Shown here: positions 39,590-52,489 of the stretch, in pieces
Numbering within the stretch: position 1 is the first letter of the stretch
Layout: each line of letters begins with the position of its first letter
Source: Malacoraja senta
Taxonomy: Eukaryota
Reading direction: 5' to 3'
DNA: 60,600 nt
Assembly (NCBI GenBank): GCA_038087875.1
Contig: JAXLNO010000388.1
Location: 1 to 60,600 of the forward strand
The notes under the pieces: generated by a model
What the model was told of the DNA's origin: nothing
The model's database searches: none
The model's input: the letters and a program-made list of their open reading frames with translations, nothing else
Position numbers and translations under genes: made by a program

Positions 39590-39630
39590 GACACACAGAC
39601 ACTCACACACACACACTCACACACACATAC
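38909..39630. repeat. Compound (CA)n microsatellite with CAAAGA/CACT interruptions
   Basis: Direct inspection. Confidence 0.95.
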
Positions 39631-39644
39631 AGAGTTGGTGTCAG

Positions 39645-39940
39645 TTTACTTTAGAGATACAGCACGGAAACAGGCCCTTCGGCCCACCGAGTCCATGCCG
39701 ACCATCGATCACCCGTTTACACTAGTTCTATGTTATCCCACTTTCTCATCCACTCCCTACACACCAGGGGAAATTTACAGAGGGCTGATTAACCTACAAA
39801 CCCGCACGTCTTTGGGATGTGGGAGGAAACCGGAGCGGTCACGGTAGAAGGTGCAAACTCTACACAGACAACACTGGAGGTCAGGATCGAACCTGGGACT
39901 CTGGTGCTGTGAGGCTGCAACTCCACCAATATGCCACCTT
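39645..39940 (-). mobile_element. HE1-like V-SINE (second subfamily)
   Basis: Nearly the same tail and variant region as 541-838. Confidence 0.8.
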
Positions 39941-40374
39941 GTTGCTTGAGTGAGAAGGATAGACCAATAACAAGCAGGCACCATACTGAACTAATCCCTG
40001 CCCACTTTCCCCAGACCGCTGCAGAACCGATAGTGGGCCACAGCTCAGAGCAAACATCACCGTCAGGGCAAGCTCCTATCTACCAGAGAGGACCCTTCAG
40101 TTTATTAAACATCTTCTCCTGAACGTAAAGCTGAACCGATCATTTCATTGTTATTATTCATGATTATTAACATTATTCAGGACTAGACGGAACAAAATGA
40201 GATAACTGGACACAATCAAAAGATAAGGTTCACTGAATCAGCTATCCCAAAATGCCGCTACAGTTGTGCGTGGCGTTCCACTACACAGTGTCAACCTTCT
40301 GATATGGTCCAGAATTACATCTCATGTCTGAGAAATTCGTCTTTGTTGCTTTCTTGCCCTTTAAATCATCTTCA

Positions 40375-40940
40375 TGTGATAGAAGCAGAATTAGGCCATT
40401 CGGCCCATCAAGTCTACTCCGCCATTCAATCATGGCTGATCTATCTCTCCCTCTCAACCCCATTCTCCTGCCTTCTCCCCATAACCCCTGACACCCGAGC
40501 TAATCAAGAATCCATCAATCTCTGCCTTAAAAATATCCACTGACGTGGCCACTACAGCCTTCTGTGGCAATGAATTTCACAGATTCACCACCCTCTGGCT
40601 AAAGAAATTCCTCCTCCTCTCCTTCCTAAAGGTACGTCCTTTAATTCTGAGGCTGTGACCTCTGGTCATAGACTCTCCCATTAGTGGCGGTACTGATTGT
40701 GGATGATCAGCCATGATCATATTGATTGGCGGTGCTGGCTCAAAGGCCCGAATGGCCTACTCCTGCACCTATTGTCTATTATAGTGGAAACATCCTCTCC
40801 ACATCCACTCTATCCAGGCCTTTCACTATTCGGTAAGTTTCACTGAGGTCCCCCCTCATTCTTCTAAACTCCAGCGAGTACAGGCCCAGTGCTGACAAAC
40901 ACTCATCACAGGTTGAGTATCATTCCGGGATCATTCTCAT
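40375..40940 (-). mobile_element. CR1-like LINE 3' fragment with an inserted plus-strand CR1 tail
   Basis: CR1 ORF2-end and tail motifs. Confidence 0.8.
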
Positions 40941-41659
40941 AAAGTCGTTGACGTTAGTCTCCTTAATGCAGTTTAAACAGCTCGACATTGACTGATGTTT
41001 AGAGAGCAAAGTTGTCAAAGCCAGAAACCTCCAACTGGCAAGGTATTGTGGTATTTCTCACAGCTGCCAACAGTCACCCCAGCAGCTGCAGCCTCAGCCT
41101 CAGCCTCAGCCTCAGCCGGGACCTTGCGGGCCGAAAGGCCTGTTCTGATGCAGTACTTTTCTATCTTCTATTCAGTTGACTGAATAGCAGGCAAACAAAG
41201 CGTATGAACCGAGATTGCAACTGAACCGTCCTCTCACCAACTAGAGCGAAGTCCTGACTTCCCAGCTACCTCATTGGAGACCCTCGGACTATCTATAATC
41301 CGACTTTAAATGTTCAAAATCTTTTGTCGACCATGATATGACGCCGGCAGTCGCCGAAAAAAATTCGCCACGTAGGACAGGCCCTTAAACGTTAATCCCT
41401 TTATCCTGTATCTGTACACTGTGGACGGCTCGATTGTAATCATGTATTGTCTTTCCGCTAACTGGTTAGCACGCTGACTGGATAGCAGGCAACTAAAGCT
41501 TTTCACTGTACCTCTGTACACGCGACAATAAACTAAAACTGAAACTGATGTATTAGCTCTAGAAATGAGATGCGATTAGAAAGATCATTGTGGTGAGGTC
41601 GAACATTGTCATGGGTAAAATTGTAGGGTCGTCACCCTTGGCGTCAGAAGGTTGTAGAT

Positions 41660-41975
41660 TACATTGAACGTAGAACAGTACAGCACAGGAAGAGGCCCTT
41701 CGGCCCACAAAGTCCGTGCCGAACATGAAGCCAAGTTAAACTAATCTCCACTGCCTGCACGTGATCCATATCCCTCCATTCCCTGCATATCCATGTGCCT
41801 ATCCAAAAGCACTTAAACACCACCATCGTATCTGCCTCCACCCCCACCCCTGGCAGCACGTTCCAGGCACCCACCACCCTCTGTGTGAATAGAAAACTTG
41901 CCTCGTATACCTTCTTTAAACTTGGCCCCTCTCACCGTAAAGCTATGCCCTCTAGTCTTTGACATTTCCATCTTG
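41660..41975 (-). mobile_element. CR1-like LINE 3' end (different subfamily)
   Basis: EMSKTRGHSFTVRGAKFK...VVGAWNVLPG and tail GGGCCGAAGGGCCT. Confidence 0.8.
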
Positions 41976-42069
41976 GGTGGGGGGGGGGGGGGGGGGTGGT
42001 GCTGACCAGTCAGCGGACGTCCCACTGCGGAGCCGCATGCGCCAATCCTGACCTCCATCCCGTGCGATA

Positions 42070-42515
42070 TGTTACGATAGAACTTTATTTATCCCAGGAG
42101 GGAAATTGATCTGCCAACAACAACACAACAAGATACATGAAACATTAAATTAAAGTGACAAGTGGACAGTCCAGGATTGGGGATGTGCAAAGATTTGGTG
42201 GAGGGGGGTGGGGGAGTCAGTCTCAGTCTACCCACGACAGAAGGGGGAGGAGTTGTACGCTTTGATAGCCACAGGGAAGAAGGATCTCCTGTGGCGTTCT
42301 GTGCTGCATCTTGGTGGAACCAGTCTGTTGCTGAAGGTGCTCCTCAGGTTGACCAGTGTGTCATGGAGGGGTGAGCTGTATTGTCCAGGATGCTCCGCAG
42401 TTTGAGGAGCATTCTCCCCTCCAAGACCAACCTCCCGTGTATCCAACTCCACCCCCAGGACGGAGCCAGCCTTCTCATGAGCTTGTTGATCCTGTTGGCG
42501 TCCGTGGCCTCGTGC
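42070..42515 (-). mobile_element. Rex1/Babar-like LINE 3' end (third subfamily); a second copy of its tail lies at 57495-57690 (+)
   Basis: RMLLKLRSILDN..HP.HDTLVNLRSTFSNRLVPPRCSTERHRRSFFPVAIKAYNSS. Confidence 0.75.
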
Positions 42516-43479
42516 GTGACGAGTGGAAAGTGCAGGACTGGGGAGGGGAAGGCGGGTTCGTGTACCCCACAGAAGGGGAGGAGTTGTACAGTTGAGAGCT
42601 GCATCTTGGTGGACCCAGTCTGTGAATGAACGACGTGCTATTCTTCTACTTAAATAAGAGGTACTTCAGCGGGCTCCATAAACTCTGACGACCTGCGCTC
42701 GCTGTGCTTTGTGTTTGGGGGACTTTGCCAGGTGCCAACTGGGTGCCACATTCCTCAACCCCAACAATGAATTTCCTTCATAACCCTCTTTGCTGTTGGT
42801 TGGAAAGAATTTGGCGCCATTGAGCGAGGAGTGTGAAAGCTCTCCGTGTTCCTGTAGCTGGCCTGAGCATCTGATTCATCAAATACACCACGTGTGCTCC
42901 GACCCCCACCCCCCCCCCCCCCATCACAGGGAGAACTGAGGGGGACCCAGCATGGGGGGGGGGGGCGGCGCTAGTCTGAAGTCACTGGAGTAACTCAGCA
43001 GGACAGGCAGCCATCTCTGGAGAGAAGGAATGGGTGACGTTTCAGGTGACCCGAAACGTCACCCATTCCTTCTCTCCAGAGATGCTGCCCGTCCCGCTGA
43101 GTAACTCCGGCACTTTGTGTTTGTCTCTGGGTTCCCTCCTGAGTCCTCTCTCTCGAAGATTCCCCGGCTGTAGCCTCTAGTCCTAGACTCTCCCACTAAA
43201 ATGGAAACATCCTCTCCACGTCCACTCTATCCAGGCCTTTCACTTTTTGGCATGTTACGTACGCAAGCACCGACATATCTAACTCTACAATCTGCAGAGG
43301 CTTCGACTTTGTCAAACCAGTTCTGGAGAATGTGCCGGAACCCAGGTCACCCACACACCTGGCAGATTGCAAACACCACCTCGGGTGTGTGAAGGGAGAT
43401 GGAAGAAGGTTGAAGTTACTATGATGGTCAGTGTGGGGAGAGCAGTATTTGGCAGTGTCGCTCCACAGGTGACATTTAC

Positions 43480-44135
43480 ACAGGTACATGGATAGGACAG
43501 GTGTAGAGAGATATGGGCCAAACCCAGGCAGGTGGGACCAGTGTAGGTGGGACATATTGTTCGACGTATAAAATCATGAGTGGAATAGGTTCTCCGGGTT
43601 TTCACCCAGAGAGTTGTGAATCTGCGGAATTCTCCACCACAGGAGGCAATGGAGGCCAATTCACTGGATGTTTTCAAGAGAGAGTGTGATTGAGCTCTTA
43701 GGACTAACGGAATCAACGGAAATGGGGAAAACGCTGGAACGGGGCACTGATTTAGGATCATCAGCCATGATCATATTGAATGGCGGTGCTGGCTCGAATG
43801 GCCTCCTCCTGCTCCTATTTTCTATGTTTCTACGCACAGAGTACTTTGCCCAGGGTAGGTGAATCGAGAATCAGAGGACATAGGTTTAAGGTGAGGGGGG
43901 GAAGATTTAATAGGAATCTGAGGGGTAACTTTTTCACACAAAGGGTGGTGGGTGTATGGAACGAGTTGCCAGAGGAGGTAGCTGAGGCTGGGACTATCCC
44001 AACATTTAAGAAGCCTTTAGACAGGTACATGGAGGGATATGGACCAAGTGCGGGCTGGTGGGGACTAGTGTAGCTGGGACATGTCGGCCGGTGTGGGCAA
44101 GTTGGGCCGAAGGGCTTGTTTCTGTGCTGTATCGC
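43480..44135 (+). mobile_element. Stack of CR1-like 3' fragments
   Basis: PRVGESRIRGHRFKVRGGRFNRNLRGNFFTQRVVGVWNELP. Confidence 0.85.
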
Positions 44136-44477
44136 TCTTTGGCCGAAGTGCCTTCATCTCCGTGAGGAAGAACCAAACTGAGGACTGTCAATTATTTGCC
44201 AGTTCCATTATCCAACCATTGAGAAGACTCTTGTGTATAATTATATGCAACGTATAATAAAAGAGAAAGAAAATAAATGTCTAAACAGCCATTAGTTTTA
44301 ATTTTCCGAGGTATTAGTCTAAACGAATCATTTTAAGACATCGCCTTATCCTGACAGTCTGCATCTAATTTGCATAATATCAGTCCGACTAATTAATGGT
44401 GGGTAATCGAAGGTCAACGATAACAACGAGAGGTGACATCGTCCGTCCATGGACCTGTTCCCTGGACCCCCAACTGT

Positions 44478-44740
44478 GGGGCAGCACGGTGGCGCAGCGG
44501 TAGAGTTATCGCCTCACAGCACCAAAGTCCCCGGTTCGATCCTGACTTCGGGACCTGCCTGCACAGAGTTTACACGTTCTCCCCATGACCACGTGGGATT
44601 TCTCCGGGTGCTCCGGTTTCCTCCTACACTCCAAAGACGTGCAGGTTTGTGGGTTAATTGGCTTCGGTAAAATTGTAAGTTGTCCCTGGTGCGTGCAGGA
44701 TGTGCGGAGATCGCTGGTTGGCGCTGACTGGGTGGGCTCA
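44478..44740 (+). mobile_element. HE1-like V-SINE
   Basis: A/B boxes and V-domain. Confidence 0.85.
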
Positions 44741-45726
44741 ACTCAACTCGAGCAGCAGAAACATGTGGAGTCACCATTCACCCCCCACCCACCCACCCAC
44801 GATGGCACATTCACACTGCCAGCCTCACAGTGGCAGCTCAGAACCAAGTAACGTGGTGTAACTGGGCATCAGCTCTCTCAGGCCACAGCTGTGGATTCTT
44901 CAGATTCTACACAGGAACACAGAGTACTGGACTCGTGACGGCACGCCCCGACAACCCAGCCAACAACTGGGGAGCTGGAGAAAGGAACGACTTCCCAGTA
45001 CCCGCAAGATTGGGCAACATATCCCAGCGATAAGGAAATATGTGTGAACGCAACTATCAGGCAGGGTGGTGTGGGTCTCTGACAAAAGGTCTGAAGAAGA
45101 GTCTCCACCCAAAGCGTCACCCATTCCTTCTCTCCAGAGATGCTGCCTGTCCCGCTGAGTTACTCCAGCATTTTGTGTCTATCTTTGGGTCTCTGATGAT
45201 GCTGGCTGTCTTTTTGATCCCTTCGATGGTGGGCAAACTTATCACCCATGATGAATGGCCTAATTCTGCTCCCATGTCTCATGGTCTAACTTGTTTGCTC
45301 TTTGATCCCTTAAGATGATGTTTAAAGTGAAGCTTGGCCCTTGTATATCTATCTGCCTGTGTCTCAGTGTGCCATAGTGTTGGACTTAATGTGCAGGAAG
45401 GAACTGCAGATGCTGGTTTACACAGAAGATAGACACAAAAAGCTGGAGTAACTCAGGCAGCATCTCTGGAGAGAAGGAATAGATGACGTTTCAGGTCGAG
45501 ACCCTTTTTCAGACCTGAATCGTCACCCAGTCCTTTTCTCCAGAGATGCTGCCTGTCCCGCTGAGTTACTCCAGCATTTTGTGTCTATCTTTGGTTTAAA
45601 CCAGCATCTGCAGTTCCTTCTACACATTATCAGACAGTGGTCGTCTCGATATACAACCACTGCATTCTGGCTCATTATCTCCCAATCCAGTTTGCAATTT
45701 AATTCAGCCACCAGTGCTAAAGACTA

Positions 45727-46062
45727 ACCCACCCTCCCATTCCCACACTGACCATTCTGTCCTGGGCCTCCTCCACTGTCAGAGTGAGGCCCAGCGCAAA
45801 GTGGAGGAACAGCACTTCATATTTTGCTTGGGTAGCTTACACCCCAGCGGTATGAACGTTGACTTCTCCAACTTCAAGTAACCCTTGCTTTCCCTCTCTC
45901 TTCATTCCTCCCCCTTCCCAGTTCTCCCACTAGTTTCACTGTCCTCCTGATTCATTCTCTGATTGATGTATGCCTCCTTGGCACCTTCCCTCCGTTAATA
46001 ATGAACCATTCTACATTTTCCCTGATCATCGTCTGCTTTGATCTCTCATTTTCACACCTTAC
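45727..46062 (+). mobile_element. Penelope-like GIY-YIG tail and 3' region (resumes at ~46836-46966 after a CR1 insertion)
   Basis: SHSHTDHSVLGLLHCQSEAQRKVEEQHFIFCLGSLHPSGMNVDFSNFK*; pLTR hammerhead-like core at 46878-46905. Confidence 0.8.
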
Positions 46063-46835
46063 CAATAGACAATAGGTGCAGGAATAGGCCATTCGGCCCC
46101 TCGAGCCAGCACCGCCATTCAATGTGATCACGGCTGATCATCCACAATCAGTACCCCGTTCCTGCCTTCTCCCCATATCCCCTGACTCCACTATCTTTAA
46201 GAGCTCTGTCTAACTCTCTCTTGAAAGCATCCAGAGAACTGGCCTCCACCACCCTCTGAGGCAGAGAATTCCACAGACTCACAACTCTCTGTGTGAAAAA
46301 GTTTTTCCTCATCTCTGTTCCAAATGGCTTACCCCTTATTCTTAAACTGTGGCCCCTGGTTCTGGACTCCCCCAACATCGGAAACATGTTTCCCGCCTCT
46401 AGCATGTCCAAACCCTTAATAATTTATATGTTTCAATAAGATACCCTCTCATCCTTCTAAACTCCAGAGTGTATGTCCAGCCGCTCCATTCTATCAACAT
46501 ATGACAGTCCTGCCATGCCGGGAATTAACCTTGTAAACCTACGCTGCACTCCTTCAATAGCAAGAATGTCCTTCCTCAAATTGGGAGACCAAAACTGCAC
46601 ACAATACTCCATGTGTGGTCTCACTAGGGCTCTGTTCAACTGCAGAAAGACCTCTCTGCTCCAATACTCAACTCCTCTTGTTATGAAGGCCAACATGCTA
46701 TTCGCTTTCTTCACTGCCTGCTGTACCTGCATGCTTACTTTCATTGACTGATGAACAAGGACCGCCAGATCCCGTTGTACTTCCCCTTTTCCCAACTTGA
46801 CTCCATTTAGATAATAATCTGCCTTCCTGTTTTTG
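46063..46835 (-). pseudogene. CR1-like LINE ORF2 C-terminal remnant with 3' tail
   Basis: YYLNGVKL...QRDL.VLVHQSMKVSMQVQQAVKKANSMLAFI...LVRPHMEYCVQFWSP...EGVQRRFTRLIPG; frameshifted. Confidence 0.9.
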
Positions 46836-48370
46836 CCCTTCCATATCTCTATGTCTCCCTCTCGCCTGACTCTCAGTCTGAAGAAGGGTCTCAACCCGAA
46901 ACGTCACCTTTCCTTCTCTCCCCGGATGCTGCCTGTCCCGCTGAGTTACTCCAGCATTTTATGTCTATTACCAGTGATAAATGTTTAAAAACCTGCTCAT
47001 GAGAAAGTGCAATTTTCCACAACATGCCGGTTTGAAAGTTGTAGGCACCATCTCTGAGCAATTTAAATGCACATTTTGTAGCCTATAAAATGCTTACTCA
47101 ATGAATTTATCTTCGCCTTTGAGTTTGCCTCTTTCAATCTCCAGGCTGTGTCGGTAATTAGTGCCTGTAGACTTCTCCTGATACCTGCCTCATTTGAACC
47201 ATCTCCCCCATAGTTAGCAAGCACTCCACTCTCAAATCTTTTTTACTTTTCATAGGTGCGGTTCTGAAGAAATCGAAGATAGACACAAAATGCTAGAGTA
47301 ACTCAGCGGGACAGGCAGCATCTCTGGAGAGAAGGAATGGGTGAAGAAGGGTCTCGACCCGAAACGTCGCTCATTCCTTCTCTCCAGAGATGTTGCCTGG
47401 CCCGCTAAGTTACTCCAGCTTTTCGTGTCTATCTTCGGTTTAAACCAACATCTGCAGTTCCTTCCTTCAACGGCTCTGAAGAAATCTCTTGGCGAGCAAA
47501 ATACTATTGCTGCAAACATCAAATGGATAAGCACGTTTAAGAAAGAACTGCAGATGTTGGAAAAATCAAAGGTAGACAAAAATGCTGGAGAAACTCAGCG
47601 GGTGAGGCAACATCTATGGAGCGAATGAATAGGTGACGTTTCGGGTCCAGATATACATATACATAGCGCACACACACACACACACACACACATCAGGCCA
47701 GACTGTATCGTACAAAATATGGTTGGCAGCCTCTGACCAGTCTCTCAACCTGAATCAATGCCAGAAGGCAGAGAGCTCTTATCAGTTACCTTGACTACAC
47801 AGAGGTGTAGGCAGAAATAATCACAGTAGCAAAAAAAAGTGTTCGACAAAATGGCTGCTGGCCAGAAAGCAGACAAATAATGCAGCAACTGAAAGACATG
47901 GCCTCGCCGCCCAGAGAAATCAAATTACTGTTATTTCTACTCCTACACATGCCAGCCAGTCAACCCTCACAGCTCAGTATCACTCCAACGCAGGCACCAG
48001 GATGCGCAGACGCAGGTTTGCAAAAAAAAAGACACAAAATGCTGGAGTAACTCCAGACAGCGTCTCCGGAGAACATGGATAGCGGACACTTCTTCAGACT
48101 GGTTCACGTTCCATCCGCAGAATGTGGCCATTCGGCCCATCGAGTCTACTCCGCCATTCAATCATGGCTGATCTATCTCTCCCTCCTAACCCCATTCTCC
48201 TGCCTTCTCCCCGTAACCCCTGACACCCGCACTGATCAAGAATCTGTCAATTTACACCTTCAAAATATCCAATGACCTGGCCACAGATTCACCACACTCT
48301 GACTAAAGAAATTCCTCATCTCCTTTCTAAAGTTATGTGCAGGAAGGAATCACAGATGCTGATTTTGACC

Positions 48371-48951
48371 CGAAACGTCACCTATTATTTTTCTCCAAAG
48401 ATGCTGCCTGACCCGCTGAGTTACTCCAGCACTCTGTGAAACGTCACCTATCCATGTTCTCCACAGATGCTGCCTGACCCGCTGAGTTACTCCAGCACTC
48501 TGTGAAACGTCACCTATCCATGTTCCGGCAGCATCTATGGAGCGAAGGAAATAGGCAACGTTTCGGCCCGAAACCCTTCCGGGTTTCGGCCCGAAACGTT
48601 GCCTATTTCCTTCAGGGTTTCGGCCCAAAAGGTTGCCCATTTCCTTCGCTCCACAGATGCTGCCTGACCCGCTGAGTTACTCCAGCATTCTGTGAAACGT
48701 CACCTATCCGTGTTCTCCACAGATGCTGCCTGACCCGCTGAGTTACTCCAGCACTCTGTGAAACGTCACCTATCCATGTTCTCCACAGATGCTGCCTGAC
48801 CCGCTGAGTTACTCCAGCACTCTGTGAAACGTCACCTATCCATGTTCTCCACAGATGCTGCCTGACCCGCTGAGTTACTCCAGCACTCTGTGAAACGTCA
48901 CCTATCCATGTTCTCCACAGATGCTGCCTGACCCGCTGAGTTACTCCAGCA
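48371..48951. repeat. 66-bp Penelope-derived tandem array with palindromic insert (array C)
   Basis: About 7 units; insert at ~48526-48652 nearly identical to those in arrays A and B. Confidence 0.9.
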
Positions 48952-49057
48952 TCTACAGTTCCTTCCTACTCAAGTTATTTTGCTCATCAAGTATATTCTG
49001 CACTCTACCTTCCCATTTGCTCCAGATACTGAACTGGAGTTTGACTTTTCGACAATA

Positions 49058-49362
49058 TTTTAGAGATACAGAGCAGAAACAGGCCCTTCGGCCCACCGTG
49101 TCCGCGCCGACCAGCGATCCCCGCACACTAGCGCTATCCTACACACACTAGGGACAATTTAAATTTGTTACCAAAGCCAATTAACTGACAAACCTGCGCG
49201 TCTTTGGAGTGTGGGAGGAAACCGGAGCACCCGGAGAAATCCCACGCAGGTCACGGGGAGAACGTACAAACTCCATACAGACAGCATCCGTAGTCAGGAT
49301 CGAACCCCGGTCTCTGGCGCTGCATTTGCTGTAAGGCAGCAACTCTACTGCTGCGCCACCGT
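49058..49362 (-). mobile_element. HE1-like V-SINE
   Basis: Tail, V-domain and head. Confidence 0.85.
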
Positions 49363-50201
49363 GAACTTATTAACGTGCAAACTCCAAACAGAGGGATCTT
49401 GACACACACTCCTGACACACACTAGGGGCAATTTACAGAAGCCAATTACCGTACAAACCGTACGTCTTTAGAATGTGGGAGGAAACCCATGGGGTCACAG
49501 GGATAAGGTGTCGGGGGTTACGGGGAGAAGGCAGGAGAATGGGGTTAGGAGGGGGAGATAGATCGGCCGTGATTGAAATGGCGGAGTAGACCCTCCCACT
49601 AGTGGAAACATCCTCTCCACATCCAGAGAGCAATGGGCTGTCTTCTGCTCCGAGTTACGTCCTTCTGAAGCTTTTCCATGCACTGCTGTGCTTTAGCATA
49701 GTTTGAGTTAAATGAGGTGTGTTGTTTGCAGCGTCAGCAGCACTTGGGAGCCGAGACAATCTGCCCCGCGCGTTCACTCCTTGGAAAGAATTGATATTGG
49801 AGCCAAAGTTGATCTATTGTCAGCTCTGCGCTGCACTAGCTTGTGTTAAACGCATGTCTGGCAGAGTTCACGTGTTATCATTAGTCAGTCCAATCATTCA
49901 AATTCATGTTCACATCGTGCCTTCCTTTATAGTCTGAGAATTCTTGCAACAATTTGACTGGTATCAAAGACAATCCACTGTTGGAATAATTCAAGATGCA
50001 CTGACAAAAATACGTTCAGCTAGTCTGAAGGTTTAGGTGCTTTAGAGCAGTCTGGAGAAGGATTCCGACTCAAAACGTCGCCTATTCCTTTTGCCTGAGA
50101 TGCTGCCTGACCCGCTGAGTTACTCCAGCATTTCATGATATGGCAACATAATGAGGCCATTCGGCCCATCAGGTCTATTCCGCCATTCTATCATAGCTGA
50201 T

Positions 50202-50460
50202 CTTTGCCTGCGTGTGAATGTGTGTGTGAATGTGTATGTGAATGTGTGTGAATGTGTGTGAGTGATTGGTGGTGGTCGGAGGGGCCGTAGGCGCAGATTA
50301 GCAGCCACGCTTCCGTCAGTCTGCCCCAGGGCAGCTGTGGCTACAGAAGTAGCTCACCACCACCGGGTGTGACTGAGGAGTGAATGAATAATGCGATGTA
50401 AAGCGCCTTGAGTATTAGAAAGGCGCTATATAAATCCCATCCATTATTATTATTATTATT
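50202..50460 (+). mobile_element. AFC-like CORE-SINE, 5'-truncated, inserted into a CR1 tail
   Basis: GTCAGTCTGCCCCAGGGCAGCTGTGGCTAC body, L2-like tail TGTAAAGCGCCTTGAG...GCGCTATATAAAT, (ATT)n end. Confidence 0.75.
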
Positions 50461-50763
50461 ACCTATCTTTCCCTCTCAACCCCATTCTCCTGCCTTCCCC
50501 CCATAACCCCTGACACCCGTACTAATCAAGAATCTATCTATCTCGACCTTAAACATATCCACTGACTTGGCCTCCACAGCCTTCTGTGGCAAAGAATTCC
50601 ACAGATTCACCACCCTCTGACTAAAGAGGTTCCTCCTCACCTCCTTCCTAAAAGAACGTCCTTTAATTCTGAGGCTGTGACCTCTGGTCCTAGACTCTCC
50701 CACTAGTGGAAACATCCTCTCCACATCCACTCTATCCAGGCCTTTCACTGTTCTATATATTTC
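50461..50763 (-). mobile_element. CR1-like LINE fragment (continues at 51713-51762 after the Rex1 insertion)
   Basis: VKGLDRVDVERMFPLVGESRTRGHSLRIKGRSFRKEVRRNLFSQRVVNLWNSLPQ. Confidence 0.85.
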
Positions 50764-51713
50764 ACATGACTGTGTGGCCAGGTTCAGCTCCAACTCTATA
50801 ATCAAGTTTGCTGATGACACTGTGGTGGTGGGCCTGATCTCAGACAACGATGAGAAGGCCTACCGGGAGGAGGTGGCTGATCTGGCACTCTGGTGTCAGG
50901 ACAACAGCCTCCTCTTGAACATTAAAAAAACTAAGGAGCTGATCGTGGACTTTAGGAGGGCACATCATCCGAGGATGTACACACCATTGAGGATAAATGG
51001 GGATACTGTGGATAGGGTGAGCTGTTTTAAATACCTGGGAGTCCACATCTCTGAGGATCTGACATGGACATCACACGCTGCAGCACTGGTGAGTAAGGCA
51101 AGGCAGCGCCTTTACCACCTCAGGCAATTGAGGAAATTCAGAGTGTCTCCGAAGATCCTCCAGTGCTTCTACTCAGCGGCTGTGGAAAGCATCTTGTCCG
51201 GAAACATCACGATTTGGTTTGGGAACTGCTCTGCCCAGGACAAGAAGGCTCTGCAGAGAGTAGTGCGTTCGCCCTTTTCAAGAGAGAACTACACTCGCCC
51301 CTCTGCAGGAACTATACATCAGAAGGTGCAAATCCAGAGCCAACAAGATCATGGGAGACCCCTTCCACCCCAGCAACGGACTGTTCCAGCTGCTACGGTC
51401 AGGCAAACGCCTCCATTGCCAGGCTGTGAGAACAGAGAGGATGAGAAGGAGTTTCTTCCCAGAGGCCATTAGGACTGTAAACTCCAATCTCACCAGGGAC
51501 TAACTTTACTGAACCATTCTACTGTTGTGTGGTGTCTTTCTAAATTGCTGTTTATTTCCTTTTTTTCCCACAAATATATAAAATGTGAATATGTGATTCT
51601 GTTCCATTCTGTTTGTAGTTTGCTTGTTTTTTTGCACAATCCGCGAGCATTGCCACTTTTCATTTCACTGCACATCTCGTATGTGTATGTGACGAATAAA
51701 CTTGACTTGACTT
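50764..51713 (+). pseudogene. Rex1/Babar LINE reverse transcriptase C-terminal half, 5'-truncated, with a frameshift near 51270
   Basis: IIKFADDTVVVGLI...WCQDNSLLLNIKKTKELIVDFRR...FKYLGVHISEDLTW; 3' end AATAAA(CTTGA)3. Confidence 0.92.
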
Positions 51714-52090
51714 GAGGTCCCCCCCCCCCCTCATTCTTCTAAGCTCCAGTGAGTACAGGCCCAGAGACCTTGGCATCATGTTCACATCAGCACAGACATT
51801 GTCGGCCTGGGCTGGACTGTCCTATGATCTGTGTTCTATCTCAGATGTTTTCAAGAGAGAGTTAGATTTGGCTCTTAGGGCTAACGGAATCAAGGGATAT
51901 GGGGAGAAAGTAGGTACGGGGTACTGATTTTGGATGACCAGCCATGAATGGTGGTGCTGGCTTGAAGGGCCGAATGGCCTACACCCGCACCCATTTTCTA
52001 TGTTTCTATGTAGCGGAGGCTAATATTCTTCACATCCCAAATCCACCGATGCCATGTTTCAGTATTCTCAGCCACTGGGCAGCTTCAGGT

Positions 52091-52450
52091 AATAATAATA
52101 ATAATAATGGATGGGATTTATATAGCGCCTTTCTAATACTCAAGGCACTTTACATCGCATTATTCATTCACTCCTCAGTCACACTCGGTGGTGGTGAGCT
52201 ACTTCTGTAGCCACAGCTGCCCTGGGGCAGACTGACGGAAGCGTGGCTGCTAATCTGCGCCTACGGCCCCTCCGACCACCACCAATCACTCACACACATT
52301 CACACACATTCACACACATTCACACGCTGGCAAAGGTGGGTGAAGTGTCTTGCCCAAGGACACAACGACAGTATGCACTCCAAGCGGGATTCGAACCGGC
52401 TACCTTCCGGTTGCCAGCCGAACACTTAGCCCATTGCGCCATCTGTCATC
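52091..52450 (-). mobile_element. AFC-like tRNA-derived CORE-SINE, full length
   Basis: A box TGGCGCAATGG (52431-52441), B box GGTTCGAATCC (52387-52397), CORE-like GTGTCCTTGGGCAAGACACTT, L2-like tail, (ATT)n; CAGGTA on both flanks. Confidence 0.8.
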
Positions 52451-52489
52451 CAGGTAGACAAATCTGTCCTCATCTCAGAGTCTTACAAT

